Shown here: piece by piece, positions 11,401-26,195 of the stretch
Layout: the number at the start of each line of letters is the position of its first letter
Position numbering within the stretch: position 1 is the stretch's first letter
Source of the DNA: Octopus vulgaris
Taxonomy: Eukaryota
DNA length: 64,000 nucleotides
Direction of reading: 5' to 3'
NCBI GenBank assembly: GCA_951406725.2
Contig: OX597819.1
Location: 86,118,001 to 86,182,000 of the forward strand
Made by a program: the position numbers and the translations under genes
Notes under the pieces: generated by a model
Database searches by the model: none
The model's input: only the letters and a program-made list of their open reading frames with translations
Told to the model about the DNA's origin: nothing

Positions 11401-14048
11401 ACCCATGACTCACTACGTTAGGGAAGATTAATGAGAACGGTGTTTGACAACTAGATTTTGATCGTTATATTAATGTGAGTTTTCAAGATTCTTCTTAATT
11501 TGAGAAATTACTATTAGCTTTACCAATTCTGATGTGAACTTCCTCCTCATCTCAATCACAACTTATGTTGGTGCCAAGGTGCATGAAGTCTTTGCATCCT
11601 TCCAGACATATTTACTTTCTATATGGCTCGATTTCTTGACTGACAATTGCTTTTGAGTGTCGGAAGAAATAGATATGAACTATGTATAAGAGAAATGTAT
11701 CAAATCTTTACATCCAGACACAAATTACTTAATAGCTGGCTGAAACAGGCACCGAGAAGCTTACATAAACATACCAAACCCTTTAAGAAATTTAACACAC
11801 GTTCTAGTAAACTCAATATCCCATCCACAGATGGATGAGAAAGGAAGGGTAGAAGCATATGCTCTCAACTCCCCAAATGCATGGCCTTTTCTTAACTAAC
11901 CTGGTATATAGTTTTTCTCCTTTCTACAACCCGTCATAAATGTCATATCCACGAAAATATCTGGGTAAGTAAGGACCTTAAATAGAACTGAACCACCGTA
12001 AAATATTACAAGAGCCCTTCTTGAAAGTAAGGTTATTAAGTGCCTATCTACTACAATACACAAAGAAACCGGCCAAACCAGACAGTAACATAAACTTCGA
12101 CCTAATTAGATAGAATCCTGACTTCGTCCAGTAACTGGCATGAAACCGGGATTAACCACACAAGCTTACAAACAGATAAGATTTCACATTAAAAAGCCTC
12201 CCTCATTTCCCCCAGAATCCTAACCAACAAACAACTAACTGTATTCAGTTCGCTTCGAGCCTAGCTAGACGAAAATGCCTGAGCAGCGAAGATGCATAGA
12301 AACTTATGCCCGCTTCCATGTGCAATTTCCCATACTTTGTGCAGTGAAAACACGTGTAGATCATCATAACCATAAAAGTATGCGGTATGAAATTGTAAAG
12401 TAAAAGAAAATAAACACTGAGTATGCACCAGTTTTCATATTCTCGATCGTTATAATTATTGCTAATATACACTTCAGATAATATTATCATCTAGTGAAGC
12501 GATCACGGAATTACCAGTCCGATAAGTTTACAGAGTGAGTGACAGCCAATAGTACTCATAGACGTTAATTTCTAATCAGTGCGTTTAGCCGTAAACTGCA
12601 GCATAACTGAAAGCTACCACGGTATCTGTCCGCATAATATATCTCTCTAAATTCACAATAATATATATATATATATAGAAGAGAGAGAATGTTATATTAA
12701 ATCTCTGAGCGAGATATAAACAGTAGCAGTACGGAACCGTAACATATATTTGCCAACTAAGTGTGGTGTCCTATACAGGGCAGTGCGACTGATGTTTATA
12801 GCCCCAGGAAAATATCTCCTCCGGCTGGCTAACGACACACATTCTGGGTCCGATTAGTATTTGTGAGGGAAGGTCATCGCTCCCATCTCTAGCCTTACGA
12901 GACATGGCTGGTTACCCATCCTCAGCGTGTGTTAGTTACCATCTAGTAATGGCAGTTCATTTCACTTGCAAATTACTGTATACTTTTCTAAAACAAGAAA
13001 ATTTGGACTTAAAATATTGCGGCTAAGATTAAAATTTCAAAAGCAAAAAATATTTAGATTTAGAAAAATACTAGCTTTAATTAAAACTAAAACTTTTATT
13101 ACAAGTTATTACTTCTGTCTGTTATTACATGTTAATTCTATTAAAGATAAAATATAACTCAACTAAAATATTTTTTGCACTTTAAAAAAATTCATTATTA
13201 ATTAATAATTAGAAATTTGAAAATAGTTTATAAAAATAGTAGTAGTACATAATTACTAAGTACAATAAATAGAATAATACAAAAATTAGTTATATATTAC
13301 AGCAAAATCTACCTAGGCTTATAATCGTAACAATATTATTTTTCTTGCTCGCATTTTTCCATGTATTCCATGTTTTTTTCAAAGTTATGCTGTTATACTA
13401 ATTAATAATGTGTCAATTAATAATTTAAGATTTTACCTTATTGAAAATTGAATAATAAATTTAATAAATTTCTCAATAATGTTTTAATGTTTTTATTTTT
13501 AAGGTATGATTGCATTAAGTCAGGTGACTAATTGCAAATAGCGGTGTCGTTGATAATTTTATCCTCACCTCAATGATACCGGTGACGTATAATAAAACTC
13601 CCCTTATAGAACTATATTCATATAAAAATTATAGAACTATAGTATCATCTTCAAATTTGAGAAACAAATACTCAACTTTTTGCTTGTAAAACTCATTGCA
13701 TGAGACTCATATCATGAAATTCCTCGTATTGAGCTCTATCATTTAAGCTTAATTAAAATATATCTGTGTCCTTATATTTTCGAACAGGGAGCTCAGCACT
13801 CCCATCCAGTGCAAAACAACATCTTTGGACCGGAAAATATAAGGACATAGATGTTGTATCGTATAACCAGCTAGAAACGGTGTTTACTGGGGCTAAACAA
13901 CAGTAAAATCATCCCTTTCAGGACAGCCTTTACTTTAACGAGCTTGTACTGAATATCTCTCTTTGAGTGATTTAGAAACAGTAATATTTCTACAGTTCTA
14001 TATTTAAGAGATGAAGAATTATGTACATTATTTACATTCTTTGTTGTT

Positions 14049-14094
14049 AACACAACGTTTCGGTTGATATATCCTCCAGTCTTCTTTAGGTGTC
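14049..14094 (-). ncRNA. Decayed minimal hammerhead motif
   Basis: GACAC-CTAAAGA-A-(degenerate stem II)-GAAAC-GTT-GTGTT. Stem I pairs, but the core has G5 changed to A. Confidence 0.4.
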
Positions 14095-16589
14095 TTGCGG
14101 AAATTTCGAACCTGAGTTCTTACTCGTAAGGTATTTTTCGTTGTTATTATCTTGTGGTTAGTAGCCCGCGCTCTTAACCACTACGTCATATGCCCGTGGG
14201 TAATTATAGAGTGAATTTTATGGCTTATAAATCTAATATTTTCCTATCTTTCCATAATACCAGTTCCCATATGCTGCTCATATTTGCACTCGGTCTGCTT
14301 AGGAGGTTGTTGTGTCCTAGCAAATGTACCTTTATATTGCAAACCATCCGTCTACCATTGTCTACAACTTGTAAATGGTCTGTAGAACAGATTCAATCTA
14401 TACTTGTTTTAAAATATGATCAGAGTTTCCTGGAAGTGTTATCGAAATGGGAAGACATAAAACGCTTTAATAAATTAGTAGCTGGGAGAAATATCAATAA
14501 TAAAGGGAAAACTAAAAATACAAATGATATAACGTTAAAGTCAAATTGAAGAAAGCCAATCTATAATTGGATTCAGGTTAAATTTGTGGACGAAAGAAGT
14601 TATAGACACTATAAGGGGAAATCCATATAAGAATGTATTGAAATATAAAATCTGTAAAGGATTAGTTTATGTAATAAGAGAGTAATAATTAATAAAGCAA
14701 ATACTTCATTGGGCTTAAATTAAATTACTGGATATCTCATGCTGTAATTATTGGGATTATGGATGAAAATCTTCAAATAAATTGAAATAAATATTCGTGA
14801 AGATGATTCAAATTTTATGATGAGGAAAAAATTACATGTATACAAGAAATAGCATGTATTTGGAATCAAATTAAATTAAAGGATAAATGAAGTTATAAAT
14901 ATTATGAAAGATAATGTAAATCTGAAAGCAAAGTGAAATAAAAATACATACAGAATGATGATATCAGTAATATATACTCCTTAAGATTCTAAGATACGGA
15001 TTTATTTGTAGTTTTAGTCCCTATTCAAGAAAGTTTACTTTTTTTTCTGTTGAGGATTCGAAAGAAAGCATGTTAAATTGTATGAAAATTTGATGGTCAT
15101 ATCAATATATGTTTGAGAATGTAAGCAATAAGATAGTACCTAGTTATGGTACCACATTAAGCCATTCAACTTACACAACTGAAGGTCTATTACATATTCA
15201 CGGAATTTACTGACGATTGCAACTTAAAGCTGATGAACTGGAAACATTCTACACAGATATACTTTTTAACAGAGAGAGACTAAGAGATATTTTCATTATT
15301 ATGCTAGATTCTTAAAATATGATTAGTATTGTTCGATTTTCCATGCATATATTTTAGTGATTTATTCAGTTAAAGTTTGGAAAATATATGGAATTAGTCA
15401 GATATAAGATCACATATATGCATTTTGGTATATTGTTCACTTTCCTTTTGATTTATCCAACTCAATATTATATAATGACTGCAATATTATACAATGCAAT
15501 AGAGACAATTGGCATTTCAGTGAAATAAACAAAAATCTTCAAGTAGTTTTATGGAGGACATAAAATTTCATTCGGCAAATTCAATGGTGCAAAAACTTTT
15601 ATAAATCTCAGAATACTTCTAACATTAATATCAGGATCGGATTTAAATTCGGTAAAAAAAATAACAACCTTGAATACATTACTTGTCTTACTTGAAGACC
15701 TCTATCTATTAAAATAAATGTGAAAATTAGAAATCTCAACAATGGTTTCCCGCAAAAGCCAACAGCTAAACTAGGTGAAATAAATGGAAAGCAGGTGCAA
15801 TATGTGATAAATTCGACAAGACGAACGATCTGTTTGAAATATATTATAAACTTTCTCCAGATTTCTTTTCAATTCTGTTGTTAATGCTTGATGCAAAAAC
15901 ATCAAACGGAGAGATCTAGTTGATAAGTTTGTTATGGATAGAGAGTCAAGACTAAATTTTGTTTTGAAAACTTATTGACGATTTTGAAGCTGATGATCAT
16001 GAACATCTTGATGGTGAAGTGGGGAGGATGAAGATAAGGGTGGCGACAAATATGAGAACGAGAAAAAGGAAAGAAAAGGCAATATTGATGGTGTCCATGC
16101 ACAAATATCCTTATATGTGTGTGTTAGAAAATATGAAATGATTGTAAGATTACAGAATTGGAACCTATTTTTGTAGATTATATTTCAATATCTAATTGTG
16201 AAATCCTAAAATGATTAACATAATATTCATTAATTTCAGTTTACAATTTTCTCTGTTTATTTTCAAATAACCTACAGATATCAAGTAGATGTGAAATGAA
16301 TTTTTGAAATTGCGAGTTTTTTTCAGTTCAAAGCTGAATATTTTCGTTTTCTTTCCAATTATTTTATTGACTGTATCAAAGAGAACTTGATAATGGAAAA
16401 TTATTTTATCGAAACACGATCTACAATAACGATATATACATCGTTATTTCATTAATTTCTTTTGTTTATTTCATCGCGAGTATCACACTTTATTCAAGAA
16501 AACAAAATCATATGATTAAATTATTTGAAATTAACTGAAATAAAGCTACTGTTGTTAATATATTTGTTAATGTGAAAAGGCGGAGAGAA

Positions 16590-16790
16590 TCATAGCACGC
16601 CGAGCAAAATGCTTAGTAGCATTTCATCCGTCTTTACATTCGGAGTTTAAATTCCGCCGAAGTCGAGGTTGCCTTTCACCCTTTTGTGATCAATAAAATA
16701 AATGCCAGTTGATTGCTAGGGTCGACGTGAACGACTTACGCCCTTCTCCGAAATTTCTGACCTTGTGCCAAAATTTGAAGCCAATATTTT
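16590..16790 (+). mobile_element. SINE (family with aaattccgccgaggtcgactttgcctttcatcc body)
   Basis: Homologous to copies near 17150, 18520, 20925, 25990, 27740, 33540, 53240 and 54495. Confidence 0.75.
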
Positions 16791-16832
16791 GTTAAAGAGA
16801 CACATTTATATTAGTGGAGCATTTATACTTAC

Positions 16833-16954
16833 TTGGTATCCTTGGACAACCCCTTTCATGTCTGCATGCGTATCAGGTACTGGGGTCCACAATACAGTAA
16901 CAGCAGTGCCATTGTATGTAACCACGTTAACATTATCTGGAACCACGGTAGGCA
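16833..16954 (-). CDS. CNTN: Contactin-like exon (start of FN3 repeat 3); absent from the ORF track on this strand
   Basis: Acceptor ttccatttttag| and donor |gtaagt; 122 nt, phase 1 to 0. Encodes (M)PTVVPDNVNVVTYNGTAVTVLWTPVPDTHADMKGVVQGYQ; the junction gives SAEG-M-PT. Confidence 0.9.
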
Positions 16955-17147
16955 CTAAAAATGGAAATTTATTCTATAATAACTTTGTCATCACGTTTTA
17001 TCTTCGTATTCTCATTCTCGTAATAGTTAAAATCTGTTCAAACAATATATAATAATTTTTATTATTTCAATGTTCAATCGTAAAAGAAACATTTTATTAA
17101 CAGTAATAAAGGACTCCTCGCCAAAGAGAATATTTTAAAGTATCAGT

Positions 17148-17335
17148 TTCAAATTTTGGCACAAGGCCAGCAATTTCAGAAAAGGGGCTAGGTCAATTAC
17201 ATTTACCCCAATGTTCAACTGATACTTATTTTATCGACCCCGAAAGAATGAGAGGCGAAATCGATTTTGGCGGAATTTGAATTCAGAACGCAAGGCCGGA
17301 CGAAACGAAGCTAACCAATTATGGCCGGACATGAA
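17148..17335 (-). mobile_element. SINE of the same family, inverted relative to 16590-16790
   Basis: Begins gtttcaaattttggcacaagg, which is essentially the reverse complement of ccttgtgccaaaatttgaagc at the end of the 16590 copy. Confidence 0.75.
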
Positions 17336-19589
17336 GCTTACCAATTATGGTATATCAAACAGTTGTAGAGCACCGATTTATTTTCCCAACCTCAGTGAAG
17401 TTTTAACTGAGGATGAAGAAGGGCGTGGCTAAATGCTGCAGAGTGGGCAGGAGAAAGATACACATCACAGAATTGCGTGCGTATTTAGAAGTGAGCAGCT
17501 CTATCTACTAAACCATTTTGTCAAATAATGGCAATTAAGTTTTTGCAGTGCCTCATCTGCACTAAAGATTCATTTTTAACCTCTTACTTGAATTAGTAAC
17601 AAACATTCTGGCCAGTAAACCAACAGTTTTAGTAAAATTAGTTTTAAATTTTGGCACTTGCTGCTCTCATTGGAGTCCGGCCATGCTGGGACACCGCCTC
17701 GAAGTGTTTAAGTGTTTATTCGAACAATTTGATCTGCGTATTTGGTGTTCTTTAAAGCCTGGCATTTATTTTATCGATCTGTCTTGTCAAACTGCAAAGT
17801 TACAGGAACGTAAAAAAGTCATGATTGACCGTTAGGCGGTGATAGGTGACAATCACAAAGACCCCCCTACCCACCCACGCTTATATAGATACATATAGCA
17901 GGTTTCTTAAAGATCTTATCTTCATTGATATTTTCATATAATTGAGCATCAAAAAAGTTTATAGACCAACTCACTGAAAGTTTAGGACTCTGAATATAAA
18001 GGCAATCAATTAAATTTTACAAGACATTTCTAAGAAGCTACCTTAAAAGCTATCGTTCAAGTATATCCATGATCTATATATGTTGATCTATATATTCCTA
18101 AATCATTTGGTGTCAGTATAACATAAATGTGCATTAGAGAGTAATGCAATAATTTTATGCATCATTTGAATTTGAAGATACACAAATTTGAATTTCTGTT
18201 TGAAACACAATACTTTTCTTTCTAATCATTGCGATATTGGGATGATTATGCTCTTATGTTCGTTCATGTTAATGTAATAGAACTAATATACAACATGATT
18301 TAAATTTGGATTATACAAAGTTTGGAAGTTCTCTGTCTTATTTTTAAAGTTATTTTCGTGGCATTATAAAGATATTACTTTTTAATAATCTTTTATCGTC
18401 GTTACGAACAGGCAATAATTGATCTACCTAATTCTTATTGGAAGCCAGTAATATCTTTTAATAGTGGTGAGCTGACAGAACAATTATAACGTCAGGAAAA
18501 ATGTTTAACTGCATTTCATATGGCTCTTTGCGTACAAGGTTCAAATCTCGCCCAGACCAACTTTTTTTATATTATCCATTGAGGGTCGATAGAATAAGCA
18601 CCAGTCAAGTACTAGGGAGAATGTAATCGACTAATGCCTCAAAATTTCTGGCTTTTTGCCAAACTTTGAGGCAAATTAAAGCAATAAAATTTTAATTTCT
18701 AAAAGTTTCAAAAGTGAAACTGGCAGTTTTAATGCTTACACAAAATGTAGTTTCTATATTAGATGCTCTTTCTAGCATCATACAACAGAATAGAATATAA
18801 TTTGACATACAGACAGACGTGCAAGCTCCTATTATATTTCATTAAATTTAAACCTCTTCATCACACATTGTTTGACAGCATTTAAGACAAAACGCAATGG
18901 TGACTGTCAAATGTAACTGAAAGAATATTAAATTTTGAGATGTAAATAATTCGTAAAATTACACCAATATCCTTAGCAAAACGTAAACATCAAATCATCT
19001 AAATCATTTCATACATTTTTACGGAGTTTTAGTAAAGTTAAATCATTATTTTAGAAAATGCAGAAATATAGTTTTCCCGGCATATTTCAGCTTTTAAAAT
19101 TATCGAATACTTTTAAAATTACTGACTAAAGCTTTAGGAAAGTTGACTATAAACTTCTTAAAAATAACATTGGAGAAGTTTTAATTAACTCTGACAAGTT
19201 TTACTTGTATTGGATTCTGATCAAAGTCTAAGAAAATTATCTATGCGGTCGTAAGGTAGAAGAACCTTTTCCCATCTCTTTCCCCAGGATTGACGTAAAT
19301 GATTAAATGTCAAATTTGTATTAAAAATACCACAAATAAAACCACAAACAACTAAAGAGGTATTTTGTAAGATATATTATCGTTAATTTACTGTTCCAAT
19401 TGAATGTTGAGGATAAGGAAGTGAATTCGGTAAACATACAAACTTTAAATTGACAGATTATGAGAAGTGTTAATCAAATTTTCTTAGATATCATAGAAGT
19501 ATTTCTATGATTTCATTTATCAGCTTTATGGCAGTAATTGTATGGAAGTTAAATTGAAGGTGGGGGAATTATCAAATTCAGATACACAC

Positions 19590-19737
19590 TTCCTTCAGCG
19601 GAGTAAACTTCTACAACTGTAGAATTCGGTCCATCCCCATACAAGTTGAATGCTTGTACTTTGACTTCATATTTAATGTAGAAGTTTTCTGCTCCGACTA
19701 AGAGAAACAATTCATCTGCATCCTTATGTATGACGTG
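19590..19737 (-). CDS. CNTN: Contactin-like exon (end of FN3 repeat 2)
   Basis: Acceptor gtgtttcttgcag| and a weak donor |gtgtgt; 148 nt, phase 0 to 1. Encodes HVIHKDADELFLLVGAENFYIKYEVKVQAFNLYGDGPNSTVVEVYSAEG; YEVKVQAxNxxGxGPxS...SAE is contactin-like. Confidence 0.9.
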
Positions 19738-20924
19738 CTGCAAGAAACACATAAACAAAACACTTAGATAATACGTGAAACTTACAAACTTTTCTCTAAA
19801 AGAAAAATGCTTTTTGTTATGTTTCTTTTAGTTTGAAATAAATTTTATAGTTTTAAATATAAACTGATATAAGTTAGCGTATTACAGTACAAAAATATAA
19901 TTGGTTTCACAAGGGATTTTTCTATTTTTTAAATCTAAAATGAGATAGTTCTCAACGCTGAATATTTCCATCATATGTAATTAAATAATGAATATCTTAA
20001 ACCAAACAATGTTATCACTGCTTTAACTAACCCAAAGTTAACTAAACTCCAGCAAGAACCATCGAAATATATTTGAAGCAATTTCTGAAATATCTAAAAT
20101 TATCATCATCATCATCATTGTTTCGAATAAAGATAATAGATTACAGGTTGAGCTGTCAACAAATTCCTAAGTATTAACTTTAAACATATACTAGAAAAGC
20201 GGTTTGAGGCTAGATTTGTTTATTAACTAAAGTTTGATACGAAATTCTGTTGAATGTTTGTTTTCTATGTTAGAAACCTATTAAAATGTTATTAACGAAA
20301 TAATTCAATCACAAACTATATTAATTCAGTCATAATTAAAAGTTTGTATATCAAATTTGGCAACAGTTGTAAAAAAAGATTCTACGAAATGACAAGACTT
20401 ATTTTAAAGAGGTATATCTATCTATATAAAAAGACATATTGACAACGTTTAGCTGAATAAAGATTACGAAATCGTGAATTTTTTAAAACAATTTATATAT
20501 ATTTATATAAATATTGTAGAAAGGGGAAAAAAAAACAATGAATATTGAAAACTTATGTTATTTCTTCCTTCACATCGGATTTAAAAGGAATTTCTCGCTA
20601 TACTTTTGCGAACGTGTTCATTTTCTTTATATGATAGAAAAAAGGTTTAATTTGTAAGAGTTAATGAGTCATAAAATGGACTATATAATTAGCTAGATAC
20701 TGATTTATTTTCCATAGATTGCTGAGTATTGACTTAAGTTGTTAATCACCAAATATAGGGTGTTGTATTATGAGATCTAATGAAATCCACTTTTTATCTT
20801 CAGTAGAAATACGATGATCGCCGCCAAAAACTTCACCCGTTTTCTACTGGACAATTTCTCTTCAGTAATCACTGTGATACGAGGTGTACTAATTTCCTAT
20901 GTAATAATCCTATCTACTATAGAC

Positions 20925-21115
20925 ACAAGATATGAAAATTTGGGGAAGGGGACTAGTCGGTTATATCGATCCCTGTGATCCATTGGTACTTAGTTTATCG
21001 ACCCTGAAAGGATGAAAGGCAAAGTCGACCTCGGCGGAATTTGAACTCAGAACGCAGCGAATTACCGTTAAGCATTTCGTTCAGTTCGCTAATGATTCTG
21101 CCAGCTTGCCGCCTT
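20925..21115 (-). mobile_element. SINE (same family)
   Basis: ccctgaaaggatgaaaggcaaagtcgacctcggcggaatttgaactcagaacg. Confidence 0.75.
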
Positions 21116-23187
21116 AATTTCTTAAGTAATAATAAACTTAATTTTGTCGCATAGATGATAGTCAGAACACAACCGTACGCTCAAAGTTAAGCGGAGCATT
21201 TTTATCGCTACAATGGTTCTGTCAATTCACTGTATTTTCTATATAACATTTACAGTAATTTATAAGATTTATAATTTCGTGTTGCACAACTAATAATTTG
21301 TTGTTTCATGTCTCTGACTCAATAATTACGAAGAAAATTACTTCGCTTTCATATGGAAAATTCAAAAGGAGACGAAGGAAAAAAGTTTTATTTGTAACTC
21401 TTATGAATATACCTTCTTCGAAGCCTATTCTTCTATTCCAAGGATATATTTCATAGCTGTAATATCTTAATGACATCGATATTTACATAACAAAATGACG
21501 CACAAATACAACAAAGGAATGCATGATTTGCATATATGAATATTAGAATGTAAATTAAAGCAAATTAATTTCCATTTCCGAGAAAGAAATTACTGATGTT
21601 AACATAAACTTAAAAATCCGAATAAGAAATTCTATACTAAGTCGAATATATTACTTGTCTCCTTTGCTGTAAGTAATTCTCCCTCGGGAAGTGATCAATT
21701 TTCCTTTTACCGGCGATACACAGTAGTCAAATGTTTTGTTTTGTTCTGTTTTACGACAAAATTTTACTTTATTGCGGGATGAAATTCATGAGTGAATATA
21801 ATTTGGACGTCTACAAAGCAGATTTAGTTTTCTCAACGTAGAGATGATGGACGAGTACGTTTTGCTGCGGAATACGATAAAGCACAGTGTAGGTTCTTAT
21901 AAACTTCTTATTTGTCATTTTCATCCTTAATATTACAACTATAAAATAGAACCTGCTTCTATATAGTCATATCCTGAGCAGTACCTTAAACCTTTCACTG
22001 GAAAACAAATACAGTTCTCTCCGTTCGTAATTGCAGAAAGAGGATTAAAATCATTTTAGAATTGGTTCGATGGAGAACTTACTGGCGGTCGGTCGATTAC
22101 AACTACAAGGGTTCCAGATGATCCGACAAGGTTGGCCCCTTGAAAGACAGGTACTACATATTTTTGACGGCTGAGTGGATTGGAGCACTGTGAAATAAAG
22201 TGCCTTTCTCTAGGAGCCGAATACCCTAAACACTAAGTGAGCTGAATACCCCAATCACTAAGACACGAGCCTTCTCGATGGAGAACTACTGTGTGCGCAG
22301 TCTTATCCCTCCAGTTACCCCAGTGAATCTTTTGTAGATATTTGATGCTAACGGCTTCATTGGTCATAGTATGCTTATGATATGTGTCCCTTTCTAAAAT
22401 TCAGACAAAAGAGTGGACACACATTGCAAAGTACCGAAACTTTAATGTACAAACTGAAATGATTTGTTGAAAGTTCTCACTTTGAGCAGCTCAAATATAT
22501 ATGATCTAACAGATGGGAATTTAGAATTTCCTTGACCAGTTGTTCGAAATGATGTTGCCTATATATCTAAAATGGTAATGTGCAGCTACTTTGTGAAGGT
22601 GGGAATGTAACATAATAGTACATGGTGACATTGGCGAATGATAACAGGTTCCTGGATTTTACCAACAAGCTTATGTTTCATAAGCTCTAAGGGCAACCGA
22701 AATTGTTATATGCATATACATATATGCACACAGACACAGACGCACAAACACACACACAAACACACATACATACATAATACTTTCATACATACACACGAGC
22801 GCACGCGTGCCAATACAGATACATACTGTACGCGTGGGTATGCGACTGTATGTATGAGAGTGTGCGTGTATTCATATATATATATATATATATGTGTGTA
22901 TTAATTTATGTGCGGATTAAACACGGAATACTTATCTAAATCTAAACCACGTATTCGATCAATTGATCTTTCGATTATGAGTGTCAGTGGATTTAGCGAA
23001 CTATTAAAACATGACTGCTCATACTCGCTTCATTAACAATCACTTCCCTTCTACTTGGAGTCATGATCGCATAACCCATTAAACGAAACCTTGGTTGGGA
23101 AAAATTAGCCTTGTTTACTCTAGAAAAACTTTATCATATTCTACTCTCTTTTAACACAAAAATATATCTGACACTGGTATGTTTCTA

Positions 23188-23243
<56 letters not shown>

Positions 23244-25189
23244 ACAGTAGCAGTAGTACTATGGAAGCATTCGCTGAAACAGTGTTTTGCTACATCCACC
23301 ATTTATTAGTGATTCCTTAGTCTTGGAGGATGGATCCCTTTGTACTACTCAGGCGACAACCCACCGCCTCAAGGGTCTGTTTGTGTACTCGTTGCTAATG
23401 AAGATTTTACGAGGTCAGAGTGTAACACCTACTTCAACCTCTTTTAGTCGCCCTTCACGACACGCAGAAGTTGAGTTTATTTTTTGACATGCCAGTGCCC
23501 CCACATATACTAGAAAAGAAATACACTATGTGTGCATATAAGCACATATAAGTACACACATTACGTATATAAAATCTATATAAGGAAGAGGGAGACAGAC
23601 ACATACACACAAACACATATGTATATACGTGCACAAATATATCGCATATATATATATATATATATATAATTGATGTTTTCCATTCTCGGTGTAAGCATAA
23701 ACAGTTATCTGATTATATGAATACCAGTGTTAAAGCACACGAAGCAAGTTCTGTTTTATGTTATTGGCTGATTCATTATCTTATTACCTTCCTTCATATT
23801 TTGTTTTAGAATTACAGATTTTTCATGATAATGATAATAAATTACTTTAAGTTTAGTATTTTCTCCTAAGAATTATACACTTCATATATTGTTAAAACGT
23901 CGTGGTTTCTTCAATATCCCATGAAAAGGAATTCTTACGTTAAATGTCCTCTCTCACAGCCTGTTTATGAAAAGTAACTAAAGCAATTTTAGGATTAACT
24001 CTTTCATAACGAGAAGGTTTTTCAGAAGCTTCATACTTACATTTAGAATGCTGTGATATAATCCATTTAACATATGAGTATGTAAATAACAGTTAGTATT
24101 TGTAGTGTTCTGTAAATTAATTTTTTTTTTTTTACATTTACTGTGGTATTATGTAATGAGGTGTCTAAAATATGAATTACCTGTCCTCTCAAGGATGCAA
24201 TTATTGCTGTCCCTTAACCCCACGGTGGAATTGTGTATAACTAAAGTTGCAGCTCTTGATCACTTCGCTTTTAATGGATTTGGCTGCTTGTCTGTGTACA
24301 ATCACTTTAAGGTTACCTCATGGTGTTGTAGTCTAGTTACAAGTGAGATGGATGGAAGGTTCGATAGAGAACCAATAAAAATGCCTTGTGATGTTTAGTT
24401 AAGTTTTCATGCGCCTTCACACGTAGTGTCTAATAGAAATATTTCACCAAGAAAAATTCATACAGCGATATCCTTTTAAATTCAAGTGTATAAGGGGTTA
24501 AAATTATGTATACATATCTTTTTTCCGTATTTTAGCCGCTTTATATGAGTCCTCTTACTACGTATATAATTAAATTAATGCCATTTTTGTTTCACATGGT
24601 AGATTTAAAAGAACGGTTATGTTTCAAACCCAACTGAAATAAGCCACGATACTATCTAAGTGTATACATTTTAAGACCTGGTATTCTTCTTGAAGTAATA
24701 TAACAAAAATCTTATAAAGTATAAGAAAATTATATGAATCATATATAAAACACATGTAAAATTATATAAAACAAAAACGAAATAGTCTTATAACCTGGAT
24801 AAATTAAAGATTTTGCTTTGCAAATTGATGAAAGATTTAAAAACAGTCGCTGCAGTTAACATTTAATATTTAAAATAAACCGAACTTATAGCACATAACT
24901 TAAATTGTTATCTAAACCAACAGATTTTTAAATATATTTTCAACCGCATATCTATTATACATTACATTCATATTCAATCTATTCGCCTCCAATATGGTTA
25001 CATATTAGGATCACTTAAACACTTCCAGACTTTTGCAAATATAACACTGAGGATGATAAATCCCTTTGAATATATTGGCACAACTTAGAACATGAAAACG
25101 GACGAAATACCGCTACGCATTTTGCCACGCGTTCTAACGAATCTGCCAAGCTCGCCACCTTTGGTATTTTTCTGCTACTTGACAATGTG

Positions 25190-25985
25190 AATTTCAATTC
25201 CAAACTCTTTCAGTTTTTTTTGGTAGCAGTTTGGGTGTCATGACAAGTGCACTAATTGCCACAGGAATAATTGTTGTTTTAATCTTCCACAATCTCTCCA
25301 GCTCTCAGGCTCGGTCCCGGTATTTCTCATTTTGTTCAATTCATTTGGTATCGACTCTATTATCATAGGGAATGGCAAATACTATGATCTTACACTGTTT
25401 CTTTATTTTGTTCTATATAATCATATCTGGTCTTACTTCAATAGCATAGTGAGTGATTATGGAGACGTCTCATACGGTCTTGTATTTTATATTCTCTAAC
25501 ATAGCCTCCAGTTCCTGCTCATACCACTTGCCTGTTATTTCGAAGCCACACACTTGGCTGATGTCCCAATAGTTTACCTGCAGAGTCATGTTCACGTTTA
25601 TGCTCTTTTTGTGCTAGCTACTACATTCGCCTAAGCAGTGACTGATGGCTTCTTTTCCTTCTCGATAGATTCTATGTTCGCTGCCTGACTGAGTTTTGTC
25701 GGTTTTTGCCTTTATTAGCTTCGTCTTAACGGTGTGATCTTGATCAGCTATACTCAGCGCTTCGATCTCTCGTTTCAGCTTTCGTTTTGTCAGCTTTAGC
25801 CAGTATTCTTCTAACAGCTACAATTTATTGTGCGACTTGGCCTTGCAATTCCATTTCTCCCCATCGGCCTGTTTTATTGTATTTCCTCCCGTTCTTGAAT
25901 TCCCGTACTATTTCAGTTTCCTTTTAGGAATATCTAGCTGTAGAGAATTTTCCTTCTTCGCTCCACACACCACAATTTTTCAATC
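25190..25985 (-). mobile_element. Degraded R4/Dong-clade non-LTR fragment
   Basis: The minus strand gives LWKIKTTIIPVAISALVMTPKLLPKK, the restriction-like endonuclease C-terminus; many lesions. Confidence 0.6.
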
Positions 25986-26195
25986 CAATATTCTTTTCTA
26001 CTCTAGGCACAAGGCCCGAAATTTTGGGGGGAGTGGGGGGGAATCGATTAGCTCGACCCCAGTTCGCAACTGGTACTTAATTTATCGACCTTTAAAGGAT
26101 GAAAGGAAAAGTCGACCTCGACGGAATTTGAACTCAAAACGTAAAGACAGACGAAATACCGCTAAGCATTTCGCCCGTCGTGCCAAAGTTTTTTA
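25986..26195 (-). mobile_element. SINE (same family as 16590)
   Basis: aaaggatgaaaggaaaagtcgacctcgacggaatttgaactc. Confidence 0.7.

Noticed and set aside
15225-15255. CTGATGAACTGGAAACATTC
   Set aside because: No stem II is possible; likely a chance match.
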